Part shown: in pieces, positions 13,301 through 25,219 of the stretch
Layout: each line of letters opens with the position of its first letter
How positions within the stretch are numbered: the first letter of the stretch is position 1
NCBI GenBank assembly: GCA_964016885.1
Contig: OZ024762.1
Coordinates: 30,194,001-30,258,000 of the forward strand
Source: Eledone cirrhosa
Taxonomy: Eukaryota
DNA: 64,000 bases
Direction of reading: 5' to 3'
Program-made: the position numbers and the translations under genes
Notes under the pieces: generated by a model
The model's database searches: none
Told to the model about the DNA's origin: nothing
What the model saw: the letters and a program-made list of their open reading frames with translations, nothing else

Positions 13301-13611
13301 GGTGAGAATTCATTTAAGTTCATGGTACTAGCTGTCAGAAGTAACTCCACTGTTGGTGAGAATTCATTTACGTTCATGGTACTAGCTGTCAGAAGTAACT
13401 CCACTGTTGGTGAGAATTCATTTAAGTTCATGGTACTAGCTGTCAGAAGTAACTCCAATGTTGGTGAGAATTCATTTAAGTTCATGGTATTAGCTGTCAG
13501 AAGTAACTCCACTGTTGGTGAGAATTCATTTAGGTTCATGGTACTAGCTGTCAGAAGTAACTCCACTGTTGGTGAGAATTCATTTAAGTTCATGGTATTA
13601 GCTGTCAGAAG
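9184..13611. repeat. 2206-bp (41-monomer) tandem duplication
   Basis: Rare variants are paired at a constant offset of 2206: GAAAATTAA (TAA ending 9386/11592), GCTAAC (~10265/12471), ACTATTGG (~10336/12542), AACACC (~10707/12913), GTCACAAG (10860/13066), TTTACG (~11161/13367) and TTTAGG (11323/13529). Confidence 0.92.
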
Positions 13612-16229
13612 TAACTCCACTGTTGGTGAGAATTCATTTAAGTTCATGGTACTAGCTGTCAGAAGTAACCCCGATGTTGGTGACAATTCATTTAAGTTCA
13701 TGGTATTAGCTGTCAGAAGTCGCTCCAATGTTGGTGAGAATTCATTTAAGTTCATGGTATTAGCTGTCAGAAGTCACTCCACTGTTGGTGAGAATTCATT
13801 TAAGTTCATGGTACTAGCTGTCAGAAGTAACCCCAATTTTGGTGAGAATTCATTTAAGTTCATGGTATTAGCTGTCAGAAGGAACTCCAATGTTGGTGAG
13901 AATTCATTTAAGTTCATGGTATTAGCTGTCAGAAGGAACGCCACTGTTGGTGAGAATTCATTTAAGTCATGGTATTAGCTGTCAGAAGTAACTCCATTGT
14001 TGGTGAGAATTCATTTAAGTCATGGTACTAGCTGTCAGAAGTAACTCCACTGTTGGTGAGAATTCATTTAAGTTCATGGTATTAGCTGTCAGAAGGAACT
14101 CCACTGTTGGTGAGAATTCATTTAAGTCATGGTACTAGCTGTCAGAAGTAACTCCAATGTTGGTGAGAATTCATTTAAGTTCATGGTATTAGCTGTCAGA
14201 AGGAACTCCACTGTTGGTGAGAATTCATTTAAGTTCATGGTATTAGCTGTCAGAAGTAACTCCACTGTTGGTGAGAATTCATTTAAGTCATGGTATTAGC
14301 TGTCAGAAGTAACTCCAATGTTGGTGAGAATTCATTTAAGTCATGGTACTAGCTGTCAGAAGTAACTCCAATGTTGGTGAGAATTCATTTAAGTTCATGT
14401 TATTAGCTGTCAGAAGGAACTCCACTGTTGGTGAGAATTCATTTAAGTTCATGGTATTAGCTGTCAGAAGTAACTCCACTGTTGGTGAGAATTCATTTAA
14501 GTTCATGGTACTAGCTGTCAGAAGTAACTCCAACGTTGGTGAGAATTCATTTAAGTTCATGGTACTAGCTGTCAGAAGTAACTCCACTGTTGGTGAAAAT
14601 TCATTTAAGTTCATGGTATTAGCTGTCAGAAGTAACTCCACTGTTGGTGAGAATTCATTTAAGTCATGGTATTAGCTGTCAGAAGTAACTCCATTGTTGG
14701 TGAGAATTCATTTAAGTCATGGTACTAGCTGTCAGAAGTAACTCCACTGTTGGTGAGAATTCATTTAAGTTCATGGTATTAGCTGTCAGAAGGAACTCCA
14801 CTGTTGGTGAGAATTCATTTAAGTTCATGGTATTAGCTGTCAGAAGTAACTCCACTGTTGGTGAGAATTCATTTAAGTTCATGGTACTAGCTGTCAGAAG
14901 TAACTCCACTGTTGGTGAGAATTCATTTAAGTTCATGGTACTAGCTGTCAGAAGGAACTCCACTGTTGGTGAGAATTCATTTAAGTTCATGGTATTAGCT
15001 GTCAGAAGTAACTCCAATGTTGGTAAGAATTCATTTATGTCATGGTACTAGCTGTCAGAAGTAACTCCACTGTTGGTGAGAATTCATTTAAGTTCATGGT
15101 ATTAGCTGTCAGAAGGAACTCCACTGTTGGTGAGAATTCATTTAAGTTCATGGTATTAGCTGTCAGAAGTGTCTCCACTGTTGGTGAGAATTCATTTAAG
15201 TTCATGGTACTAGCTGTCAGAAGTAACTCCAATGTTGGTGAGAATTCATGTAAGTTCATGGTATTAGCTGTCAGAAGTAACTCCACTGTTGGTGAGAATT
15301 CACTTAAGTTCATGGTATTAGCTGTCAGAAGTAACTCCACTGTTGGTGAGAATTCATTTAAGTTCATGGTACTAGCTGTCAGAAGTAACTCCACTGTTGG
15401 TGAGAATTCATTTAAGTTCATGGTATTAGCTGTCAGAAGTAACTCCACTGTTGGTGAGAATTCATTTAAGTCATGGTATTAGCTATCAGAAGTAACTCCA
15501 TTGTTGGTGAGAATTCATTTAAGTCATGGTACTAGCTGTCAGAAGTAACTCCACTGTTGGTGAGAATTCATTTAAGTTCATGGTACTAGCTGTCAGAAGT
15601 AACTCCACTGTTGGTGAGAATTCATTTAAGTTCATGGTACTAGCTGTCAGAAGTAACTCCACTGTTGGTGAGAATTCATTTAAGTTCATGGTACTAGCTG
15701 TCAGAAGTAACTCCAATGTTGGTGAGAATTCATTTAAGTTCATGGTATTAGCTGTCAGAAGTAACTCCACTGTTGGTGAGAATTCATTTAAGTTCATGGT
15801 ACTAGCTGTCAGAAGTAACTCCACTGTTGGTGAGAATTCATTTAAGTTCATGGTATTAGCTGTCAGAAGTAACTCCACTGTTGGTGAGAATTCATTTAAG
15901 TTCATGGTACTAGCTGTCAGAATAACCCCGATGTTGGTGACAATTCATTTAAGTTCATGGTATTAGCTGTCAGAAGTCGCTCCAATGTTGGTGAGAATTC
16001 ATTTAAGTTCATGGTATTAGCTGTCAGAAGTCACTCCACTGTTGGTGAGAATTCATTTAAGTTCATGGTACTAGCTGTCAGAAGTAACCCCAATGTTGGT
16101 GAGAATTCATTTAAGTTCATGGTATTAGCTGTCAGAAGTCACTCCAATGTTGGTGAGAATTCATTTAAGTTCATGGTATTAGCTGTCAGAAGTAACTCCA
16201 CTGTTGGTGAGAATTCATTTAAGTTCATG

Positions 16230-18860
16230 GTATTAGCTGTCAGAAGGAACTCCACTGTTGGTGAGAATTCATTTAAGTTCATGGTATTAGCTGTCAGAAT
16301 TGTCTCCACTGTTGGTGAGAATTCATTTAAGTTCATGGTACTAGCTGTCAGAAGTAACTCCAATGTTGGTGAGAATTCATGTAAGTTCATGGTATTAGCT
16401 GTCAGAAGTAACTCCACTGTTGGTGAGAATTCATTTAAGACATGGTATTAGCTATCAGAAGTAACTTCATTGTTGGTGAGAATTAATTTAAGTCATGGTA
16501 CTAGCTGTCAGAAGTAACTCCACTGTTGGTGAGAATTCATTTAAGTTCATGGTACTAGCTGTCAGAAGTAACTCCACTGTTGGTGAGAATTCATTTAAGT
16601 TCATGGTACTAGCTGTCAGAAGGAACTCCACTGTTGGTGAGAATTCATTTAAGTTCATGGTATTAGCTGTCAGAAGGAACTCCACTGTTGGTGAGAATTC
16701 ATTTAAGTCATGGTACTAGCTGTCAGAAGTAACTCCAATGTTGGTGAGAATACATTTAAGTTCATGGTATTAGCTGTCAGAAGGAACTCCACTGTTGGTG
16801 AGAATTCATTTAAGTTCATGGTATTAGCTGTCAGAAGTAACTCCACTGTTGGTGAGAATTCATTTAAGTCATGGTATTAGCTGTCAGAAGTAACTCCAAT
16901 GTTGGTGAGAATTCATTTAAGTCATGGTACTAGCTGTCAGAAGTAACTCCAATGTTGGTGAGAATTCATTTAAGTTCATGTTATTAGCTGTCAGAAGGAA
17001 CTCCACTGTTGGTGAGAATTCATTTAAGTTCATGGTATTAGCTGTCAGAAGTAACTCCACTGTTGGTGAGAATTCATTTAAGTTCATGGTACTAGCTGTC
17101 AGAAGTAACTCCAACGTTGGTGAGAATTCATTTAAGTTCATGGTACTAGCTGTCAGAAGTAACTCCACTGTTGGTGAAAATTCATTTAAGTTCATGGTAT
17201 TAGCTGTCAGAAGTAACTCCACTGTTGGTGAGAATTCATTTAAGTCATGGTATTTGCTGTCAGAAGTAACTCCATTGTTTGTGAGAATTCATTTAAGTCA
17301 TGGTACTAGCTGTCAGAAGTAACTCCACTGTTGGTGAGAATTCATTTAAGTTCATGGTATTAGCTGTCAGAAGGAACTCCACTGTTGGTGAGAATTCATT
17401 TAAGTTCATGGTATTAGCTGTCAGAAGTAACTCCACTGTTGGTGAGAATTCATTTAAGTTCATGGTACTAGCTGTCAGAAGTAACTCCACTGTTGGTGAG
17501 AATTCATTTAAGTTCATGGTACTAGCTGTCAGAAGGAACTCCACTGTTGGTGAGAATTCATTTAAGTTCATGTTATTAGCTGTCAGAAGTAACTCCAATG
17601 TTGGTAAGAGTTCATTTATGTCATGGTACTAGCTGTCAGAAGTAACTCCACTGTTGGTGAGAATTCATTTAAGTTCATGGTATTAGCTGTCAGAAGGAAC
17701 TCCACTGTTGGTGAGAATTCATTTAAGTTCATGGTATTAGCTGTCAGAAGTGTCTCCACTGTTGGTGAGAATTCATTTAAGTTCATGGTACTAGCTGTCA
17801 GAAGTAACTCCAATGTTGGTGAGAATTCATGTAAGTTCATGGTATTAGCTGTCAGAAGTAACTCCACTGTTGGTGAGAATTCACTTAAGTTCATGGTATT
17901 AGCTGTCAGAAGTAACTCCACTGTTGGTGAGAATTCATTTAAGTTCATGGTACTAGCTGTCAGAAGTAACTCCACTGTTGGTGAGAATTCATTTAAGTTC
18001 ATGGTATTAGCTGTCAGAAGTAACTCCACTGTTGGTGAGAATTCATTTAAGTCATGGTATTAGCTATCAGAAGTAACTCCATTGTTGGTGAGAATTCATT
18101 TAAGTCATGGTATTAGCTGTCAGAAGTAACTCCACTATTGGTGAGAATTCATTTAAGTTCATGGTACTAGCTGTCAGAAGTAACTCCACTGTTGGTGAGA
18201 ATTCTTTTAAGTTCATGGTACTAGCTGTCAGAAGGAACTCCACTGTTGGTGAGAATTCATTTAAGTTCATGGTATTAGCTGTCAGAAGTAACTCCAATGT
18301 TGGTGAGAATTCATTTAAGTCATGGTACTAGCTGTCAGAAGTAACTCCACTGTTGGTGAGAATTCATTTAAGTTCATGGTATTAGCTGTCAGAAGGAACT
18401 CCACTGTTGGTGAGAATTCATTTAAGTTCATGGTATTAGCTGTCAGAAGTGTCTCCACTGTTGGTGAGAATTCATTTAAGTTCATGGTACTAGCTGTCAG
18501 AAGTAACTCCAATGTTGGTGAGAATTCATGTAAGTTCATGGTATTAGCTGTCAGAAGTAACTCCACTGTTGGTGAGAATTCATTTAAGTTCATGGTATTA
18601 GCTGTCAGAAGTAACTCCACTGTTGGTGAGAATTCATTTAAGTTCATGGTACTAGCTGTCACAAGTAACTCCACTGTTGGTGAGAATTCATTTAAGTTCA
18701 TGGTATTAGCTGTCAGAAGTAACTCCACTGTTGGTGAGAATTCATTTAAGTCATGGTATTAGCTATCAGAAGTAACTCCATTGTTGGTGAGAATTCATTT
18801 AAGTCATGGTACTAGCTGTCAGAAGTAACTCCACTGTTGGTGAGAATTCATTTAAGTTCA
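16230..18860. repeat. Copy of ~8430-11060 at offset 7798
   Basis: Block starts 8697/16495, 9126/16924, 9502/17300, 9825/17623, 10309/18107, 10524/18322 and 11008/18806 all differ by 7798. ACTATTGG and GTCACAAG are shared. Confidence 0.85.
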
Positions 18861-21620
18861 TGGTACTAGCTGTCAGAAGTAACTCCAATGTTGGTGAGAA
18901 TTCATTTAAGTTCATGGTATTAGCTGTCAGAAGTAACTCCACTGTTGGTGAGAATTCATTTAGGTTCATGGTACTAGCTGTCAGAAGTAACTCCACTGTT
19001 GGTGAGAATTCATTTAAGTTCATGGTATTAGCTGTCAGAAGTAACTCCACTGTTGGTGAGAATTCATTTAAGTTCATGGTACTAGCTGTCAGAAGTAACC
19101 CCGATGTTGGTGACAATTCATTTAAGTTCATGGTATTAGCTGTCAGAAGTCGCTCCAATGTTGGTGAGAATTCATTTAAGTTCATGGTATTAGCTGTCAG
19201 AAGTCACTCCACTGTTGGTGAGAATTCATTTAAGTTCATGGTACTAGCTGTCAGAAGTAACCCCAATTTTGGTGAGAATTCATTTAAGTTCATGGTATTA
19301 GCTGTCAGAAGGAACTCCAATGTTGGTGAGAATTCATTTAAGTTCATGGTATTAGCTGTCAGAAGGAACGCCACTGTTGGTGAGAATTCATTTAAGTCAT
19401 GGTATTAGCTGTCAGAAGTAACTCCATTGTTGGTGAGAATTCATTTAAGTCATGGTACTAGCTGTCAGAAGTAACTCCACTGTTGGTGAGAATTCATTTA
19501 AGTTCATGGTATTAGCTGTCAGAAGGAACTCCACTGTTGGTGAGAATTCATTTAAGTCATGGTACTAGCTGTCAGAAGTAACTCCAATGTTGGTGAGAAT
19601 TCATTTAAGTTCATGGTATTAGCTGTCAGAAGGAACTCCACTGTTGGTGAGAATTCATTTAAGTTCATGGTATTAGCTGTCAGAAGTAACTCCACTGTTG
19701 GTGAGAATTCATTTAAGTCATGGTATTAGCTGTCAGAAGTAACTCCAATGTTGGTGAGAATTCATTTAAGTCATGGTACTAGCTGTCAGAAGTAACTCCA
19801 ATGTTGGTGAGAATTCATTTAAGTTCATGTTATTAGCTGTCAGAAGGAACTCCACTGTTGGTGAGAATTCATTTAAGTTCATGGTATTAGCTGTCAGAAG
19901 TAACTCCACTGTTGGTGAGAATTCATTTAAGTTCATGGTACTAGCTGTCAGAAGTAACTCCAACGTTGGTGAGAATTCATTTAAGTTCATGGTACTAGCT
20001 GTCAGAAGTAACTCCACTGTTGGTGAAAATTCATTTAAGTTCATGGTATTAGCTGTCAGAAGTAACTCCACTGTTGGTGAGAATTCATTTAAGTCATGGT
20101 ATTAGCTGTCAGAAGTAACTCCATTGTTGGTGAGAATTCATTTAAGTCATGGTACTAGCTGTCAGAAGTAACTCCACTGTTGGTGAGAATTCATTTAAGT
20201 TCATGGTATTAGCTGTCAGAAGGAACTCCACTGTTGGTGAGAATTCATTTAAGTTCATGGTATTAGCTGTCAGAAGTAACTCCACTGTTGGTGAGAATTC
20301 ATTTAAGTTCATGGTACTAGCTGTCAGAAGTAACTCCACTGTTGGTGAGAATTCATTTAAGTTCATGGTACTAGCTGTCAGAAGGAACTCCACTGTTGGT
20401 GAGAATTCATTTAAGTTCATGGTATTAGCTGTCAGAAGTAACTCCAATGTTGGTAAGAATTCATTTATGTCATGGTACTAGCTGTCAGAAGTAACTCCAC
20501 TGTTGGTGAGAATTCATTTAAGTTCATGGTATTAGCTGTCAGAAGGAACTCCACTGTTGGTGAGAATTCATTTAAGTTCATGGTATTAGCTGTCAGAAGT
20601 GTCTCCACTGTTGGTGAGAATTCATTTAAGTTCATGGTACTAGCTGTCAGAAGTAACTCCAATGTTGGTGAGAATTCATGTAAGTTCATGGTATTAGCTG
20701 TCAGAAGTAACTCCACTGTTGGTGAGAATTCACTTAAGTTCATGGTATTAGCTGTCAGAAGTAACTCCACTGTTGGTGAGAATTCATTTAAGTTCATGGT
20801 ACTAGCTGTCAGAAGTAACTCCACTGTTGGTGAGAATTCATTTAAGTTCCTGGTATTAGCTGTCAGAAGTAACTCCACTGTTGGTGAGAATTCATTTAAT
20901 TCATGGTATTAGCTATCAGAAGTAACTCCATTGTTGGTGAGAATTCATTTAAGTCATGGTACTAGCTGTCAGAAGTAACTCCACTGTTGGTGAGAATTCA
21001 TTTAAGTTCATGGTACTAGCTGTCAGAAGTAACTCCACTGTTGGTGAGAATTCATTTAAGTTCATGGTACTAGCTGTCAGAAGTAACTCCACTGTTGGTG
21101 AGAATTCATTTAAGTTCATGGTACTAGCTGTCAGAAGTAACTCCAATGTTGGTGAGAATTCATTTAAGTTCATGGTATTAGCTGTCAGAAGTAACTCCAC
21201 TGTTGGTGAGAATTCATTTAAGTTCATGGTACTAGCTGTCAGAAGTAACTCCACTGTTGGTGAGAATTCATTTAAGTTCATGGTATTAGCTGTCAGAAGT
21301 AACTCCACTGTTGGTGAGAATTCATTTAAGTTCATGGTACTAGCTGTCAGAAGTAACCCCGATGTTGGTGACAATTCATTTAAGTTCATGGTATTAGCTG
21401 TCAGAAGTCGCTCCAATGTTGGTGAGAATTCATTTAAGTTCATGGTATTAGCTGTCAGAAGTCACTCCACTGTTGGTGAGAATTCATTTAAGTTCATGGT
21501 ACTAGCTGTCAGAAGTAACCCCAATGTTGGTGAGAATTCATTTAAGTTCATGGTATTAGCTGTCAGAAGTCACTCCAATGTTGGTGAGAATTCATTTAAG
21601 TTCATGGTATTAGCTGTCAG
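18810..21620. repeat. Copy of ~13380-16190 at offset 5430
   Basis: Block boundaries 13978/19408, 14343/19773, 14719/20149, 15042/20472 and 15526/20956 differ by 5430. The rare CCCCAATTTT variant is at 13831/19261. Confidence 0.87.
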
Positions 21621-22660
21621 AAGTAACTCCACTGTTGGTGAGAATTCATTTAAGTTCATGGTATTAGCTGTCAGAAGTAACTCCACTGTTGGTGATAATT
21701 CATTTAAGTTCATGGTATTAGCTGTCAGAAGTAACTACACTGTTGGTGAGAATTCATTTAAGTTCATGGTATTAGCTGTCAGAAGTAACTCCACTGTTGG
21801 TGAGAATTCATTTAAGTTCATGGTATTAGCTGTCAGAAGGAACTCCAATGTTGGTGAGAATTCATTTAAGTTCATGGTATTAGCTGTCAGAAGGAACGCC
21901 ACTGTTGGTGAGAATTCATTTAAGTCATGGTATTAGCTGTCAGAAGTAACTCCATTGTTGGTGAGAATTCATTTAAGTTCATGGTATTAGCTGTCAGAAG
22001 TAACTCCACTGTTGGTGAGAATTCATTTAAGTTCATGGTACTAGCTGTCAGAAGTAACCCCGATGTTGGTGACAATTCATTTAAGTTCATGGTATTAGCT
22101 GTCAGAAGTCGCTCCAATGTTGGTGAGAATTCATTTAAGTTCATGGTATTAGCTGTCAGAAGTCACTCCACTGTTGGTGAGAATTCATTTAAGTTCATGG
22201 TACTAGCTGTCAGAAGTAACCCCAATGTTGGTGAGAATTCATTTAATTTCATGGTATTAGCTGTCAGAAGTCACTACAATGTTGGTGAGAATACATTTAA
22301 GTTCATGGTATTAGCTGTCAGAAGTAACTCCACTGTTGGTGAGAATTCATTTAAGTTCATGGTATTAGCTGTCAGAAGTAACTCCACTGTTGGTGAGAAT
22401 TCATTTAAGTTCATGGTATTAGCTGTCAGAAGTAACTACACTGTTGGTGAGAATTCATTTAAGTTCATGGTATTAGCTGTCAGAAGTAACTCCACTGTTG
22501 GTGAGAATTCATTTAAGTTCATGGTATTAGCTGTCAGAAGGAACTCCAATGTTGGTGAGAATTCATTTAAGTTCATGGTATTAGCTGTCAGAAGGAACGC
22601 CACTGTTGGTGAGAATTCATTTAAGTCATGGTATTAGCTGTCAGAAGTAACTCCATTGTT
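21250..22660. repeat. 701-bp (13-monomer) tandem duplication
   Basis: CCCCGAT..GACAAT, AGTCGC, AACTACACT and AACGCC each occur twice, 701 bp apart (21357/22058; block ends 21936/22637). Confidence 0.85.
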
Positions 22661-25219
22661 GGTGAGTATTCATTTAAGTCATGGTACTAGCTGTCAGAAG
22701 TAACTCCACTGTTGGTGAGAATTCATTTAAGTTCATGGTATTAGCTGTCAGAAGGAACTCCACTGTTGGTGAGAATTCATTTAAGTCATGGTACTAGCTG
22801 TCAGAAGTAACTCCAATGTTGGTGAGAATTCATTTAAGTTCATGGTATTAGCTGTCAGAAGGAACTCCACTGTTGGTGAGAATTTATTTAAGTTCATGGT
22901 ATTAGCTGTCAGAAGTAACTCCACTGTTGGTGAGAATTCATTTAAGTCATGGTATTAGCTGTCAGAAGTAACTCCAATGTTGGTGAGAATTCATTTAAGT
23001 CATGGTACTAGCTGTCAGAAGTAACTCCAATGTTGGTGAGAATTCATTTAAGTTCATGTTATTAGCTGTCAGAAGGAACTCCACTGTTGGTGAGAATTCA
23101 TTTAAGTTCATGGTATTAGCTGTCAGAAGTAACTCCACTGTTGGTGAGAATTCATTTAAGTTCATGGTACTAGCTGTCAGAAGTAACTCCAACGTTGGTG
23201 AGAATTCATTTAAGTTCATGGTACTAGCTGTCAGAAGTAACTCCACTGTTGGTGAAAATTCATTTAAGTTCATGGTATTAGCTGTCAGAAGTAACTCCAC
23301 TGTTGGTGAGAATTCATTTAAGTCATGGTATTAGCTGTCAGAAGTAACTCCATTGTTGGTGAGAATTCATTTAAGTCATGGTACTAGCTGTCAGAAGTAA
23401 CTCCACTGTTGGTGAGAATTCATTTAAGTTCATGGTATTAGCTGTCAGAAGGAACTCCACTGTTGGTGAGAATTCATTTAAGTTCATGGTATTAGCTGTC
23501 AGAAGTAACTCCACTGTTGGTGAGAATTCATTTAAGTTCATGGTACTAGCTGTCAGAAGTAACTCCACTGTTGGTGAGAATTCATTTAAGTTCATGGTAC
23601 TAGCTGTCAGAAGGAACTCCACTGTTGGTGAGAATTCATTTAAGTTCATGGTATTAGCTGTCAGAAGTAACTCCAATGTTGGTAAGAATTCATTTATGTC
23701 ATGGTACTAGCTGTCAGAAGTAACTCCACTGTTGGTGAGAATTCATTTACGTTCATGGTATTAGCTGTCAGAAGGAACTCCACTGTTGGTGAGAATTCAT
23801 TTAAGTTCATGGTATTAGCTGTCAGAAGTGTCTCCACTGTTGGTGAGAATTCATTTAAGTTCATGGTACTAGCTGTCAGAAGTAACTCCAATGTTGGTGA
23901 GAATTCATGTAAGTTCATGGTATTAGCTGTCAGAAGTAACTCCACTGTTGGTGAGAATTCACTTAAGTTCATGGTATTAGCTGTCAGAAGTAACTCCACT
24001 GTTGGTGAGAATTCATTTAAGTTCATGGTACTAGCTGTCAGAAGTAACTCCACTGTTGGTGAGAATTCATTTAAGTTCATGGTATTAGCTGTCAGAAGTA
24101 ACTCCATTGTTGGTGAGAATTCATTTAAGTCATGGTATTAGCTATCAGAAGTAACTCCATTGTTGGTGAGAATTCATTTAAGTCATGGTACTAGCTGTCA
24201 GAAGTAACTCCACTGTTGGTGAGAATTCATTTAAGTTCATGGTACTAGCTGTCAGAAGTAACTCCACTGTTGGTGAGAATTCATTTAAGTTCATGGTACT
24301 AGCTGTCAGAAGTAACTCCACTGTTGGTGAGAATTCATTTAAGTTCATGGTACTAGCTGTCAGAAGTAACTCCACTGTTGGTGAGAATTCATTTAAGTTC
24401 ATGGTACTAGCTGTCAGAAGTAACTCCAATGTTGGTGAGAATTCATTTAAGTTCATGGTATTAGCTGTCAGAAGTAACTCCACTGTTGGTGAGAATTCAT
24501 TTAAGTTCATGGTACTAGCTGTCAGAAGTAACTCCACTGTTGGTGAGAATTCATTTAAGTTCATGGTATTAGCTGTCAGAAGTAACTCCACTGTTGGTGA
24601 GAATTCATTTAAGTTCATGGTACTAGCTGTCAGAAGTAACCCCGATGTTGGTGACAATTCATTTAAGTTCATGGTATTAGCTGTCAGAAGTCGCTCCAAT
24701 GTTGGTGAGAATTCATTTAAGTTCATGGTATTAGCTGTCAGAAGTCACTCCACTGTTGGTGAGAATTCATTTAAGTTCATGGTACTAGCTGTCAGAAGTA
24801 ACCCCAATGTTGGTGAGAATTCATTTAAGTTCATGGTATTAGCTGTCAGAAGTCACTCCAATGTTGGTGAGAATTCATTTAAGTTCATGGTATTAGCTGT
24901 CAGAAGTAACTCCACTGTTGGTGAGAATTCATTTAAGTTCATGGTATTAGCTGTCAGAAGTAACTCCACTGTTGGTGAGAATTCATTTAAGTTCATGGTA
25001 TTAGCTGTCAGAAGTAACTACACTGTTGGTGAGAATTCATTTAAGTTCATGGTATTAGCTGTCAGAAGTAACTCCACTGTTGGTGAGAATTCATTTAAGT
25101 TCATGGTATTAGCTGTCAGAAGGAACTCCAATGTTGGTGAGAATTCATTTAAGTTCATGGTATTAGCTGTCAGAAGGAACGCCACTGTTGGTGAGAATTC
25201 ATTTAAGTCATGGTACTAG
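22520..25219. repeat. Copy of ~19290-21936 at offset 3229 (3283 after one extra monomer)
   Basis: Block starts 19773/23002, 20149/23378, 20472/23701 and 20956/24185 differ by 3229. The last block has 19 monomers instead of 18. Confidence 0.82.
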
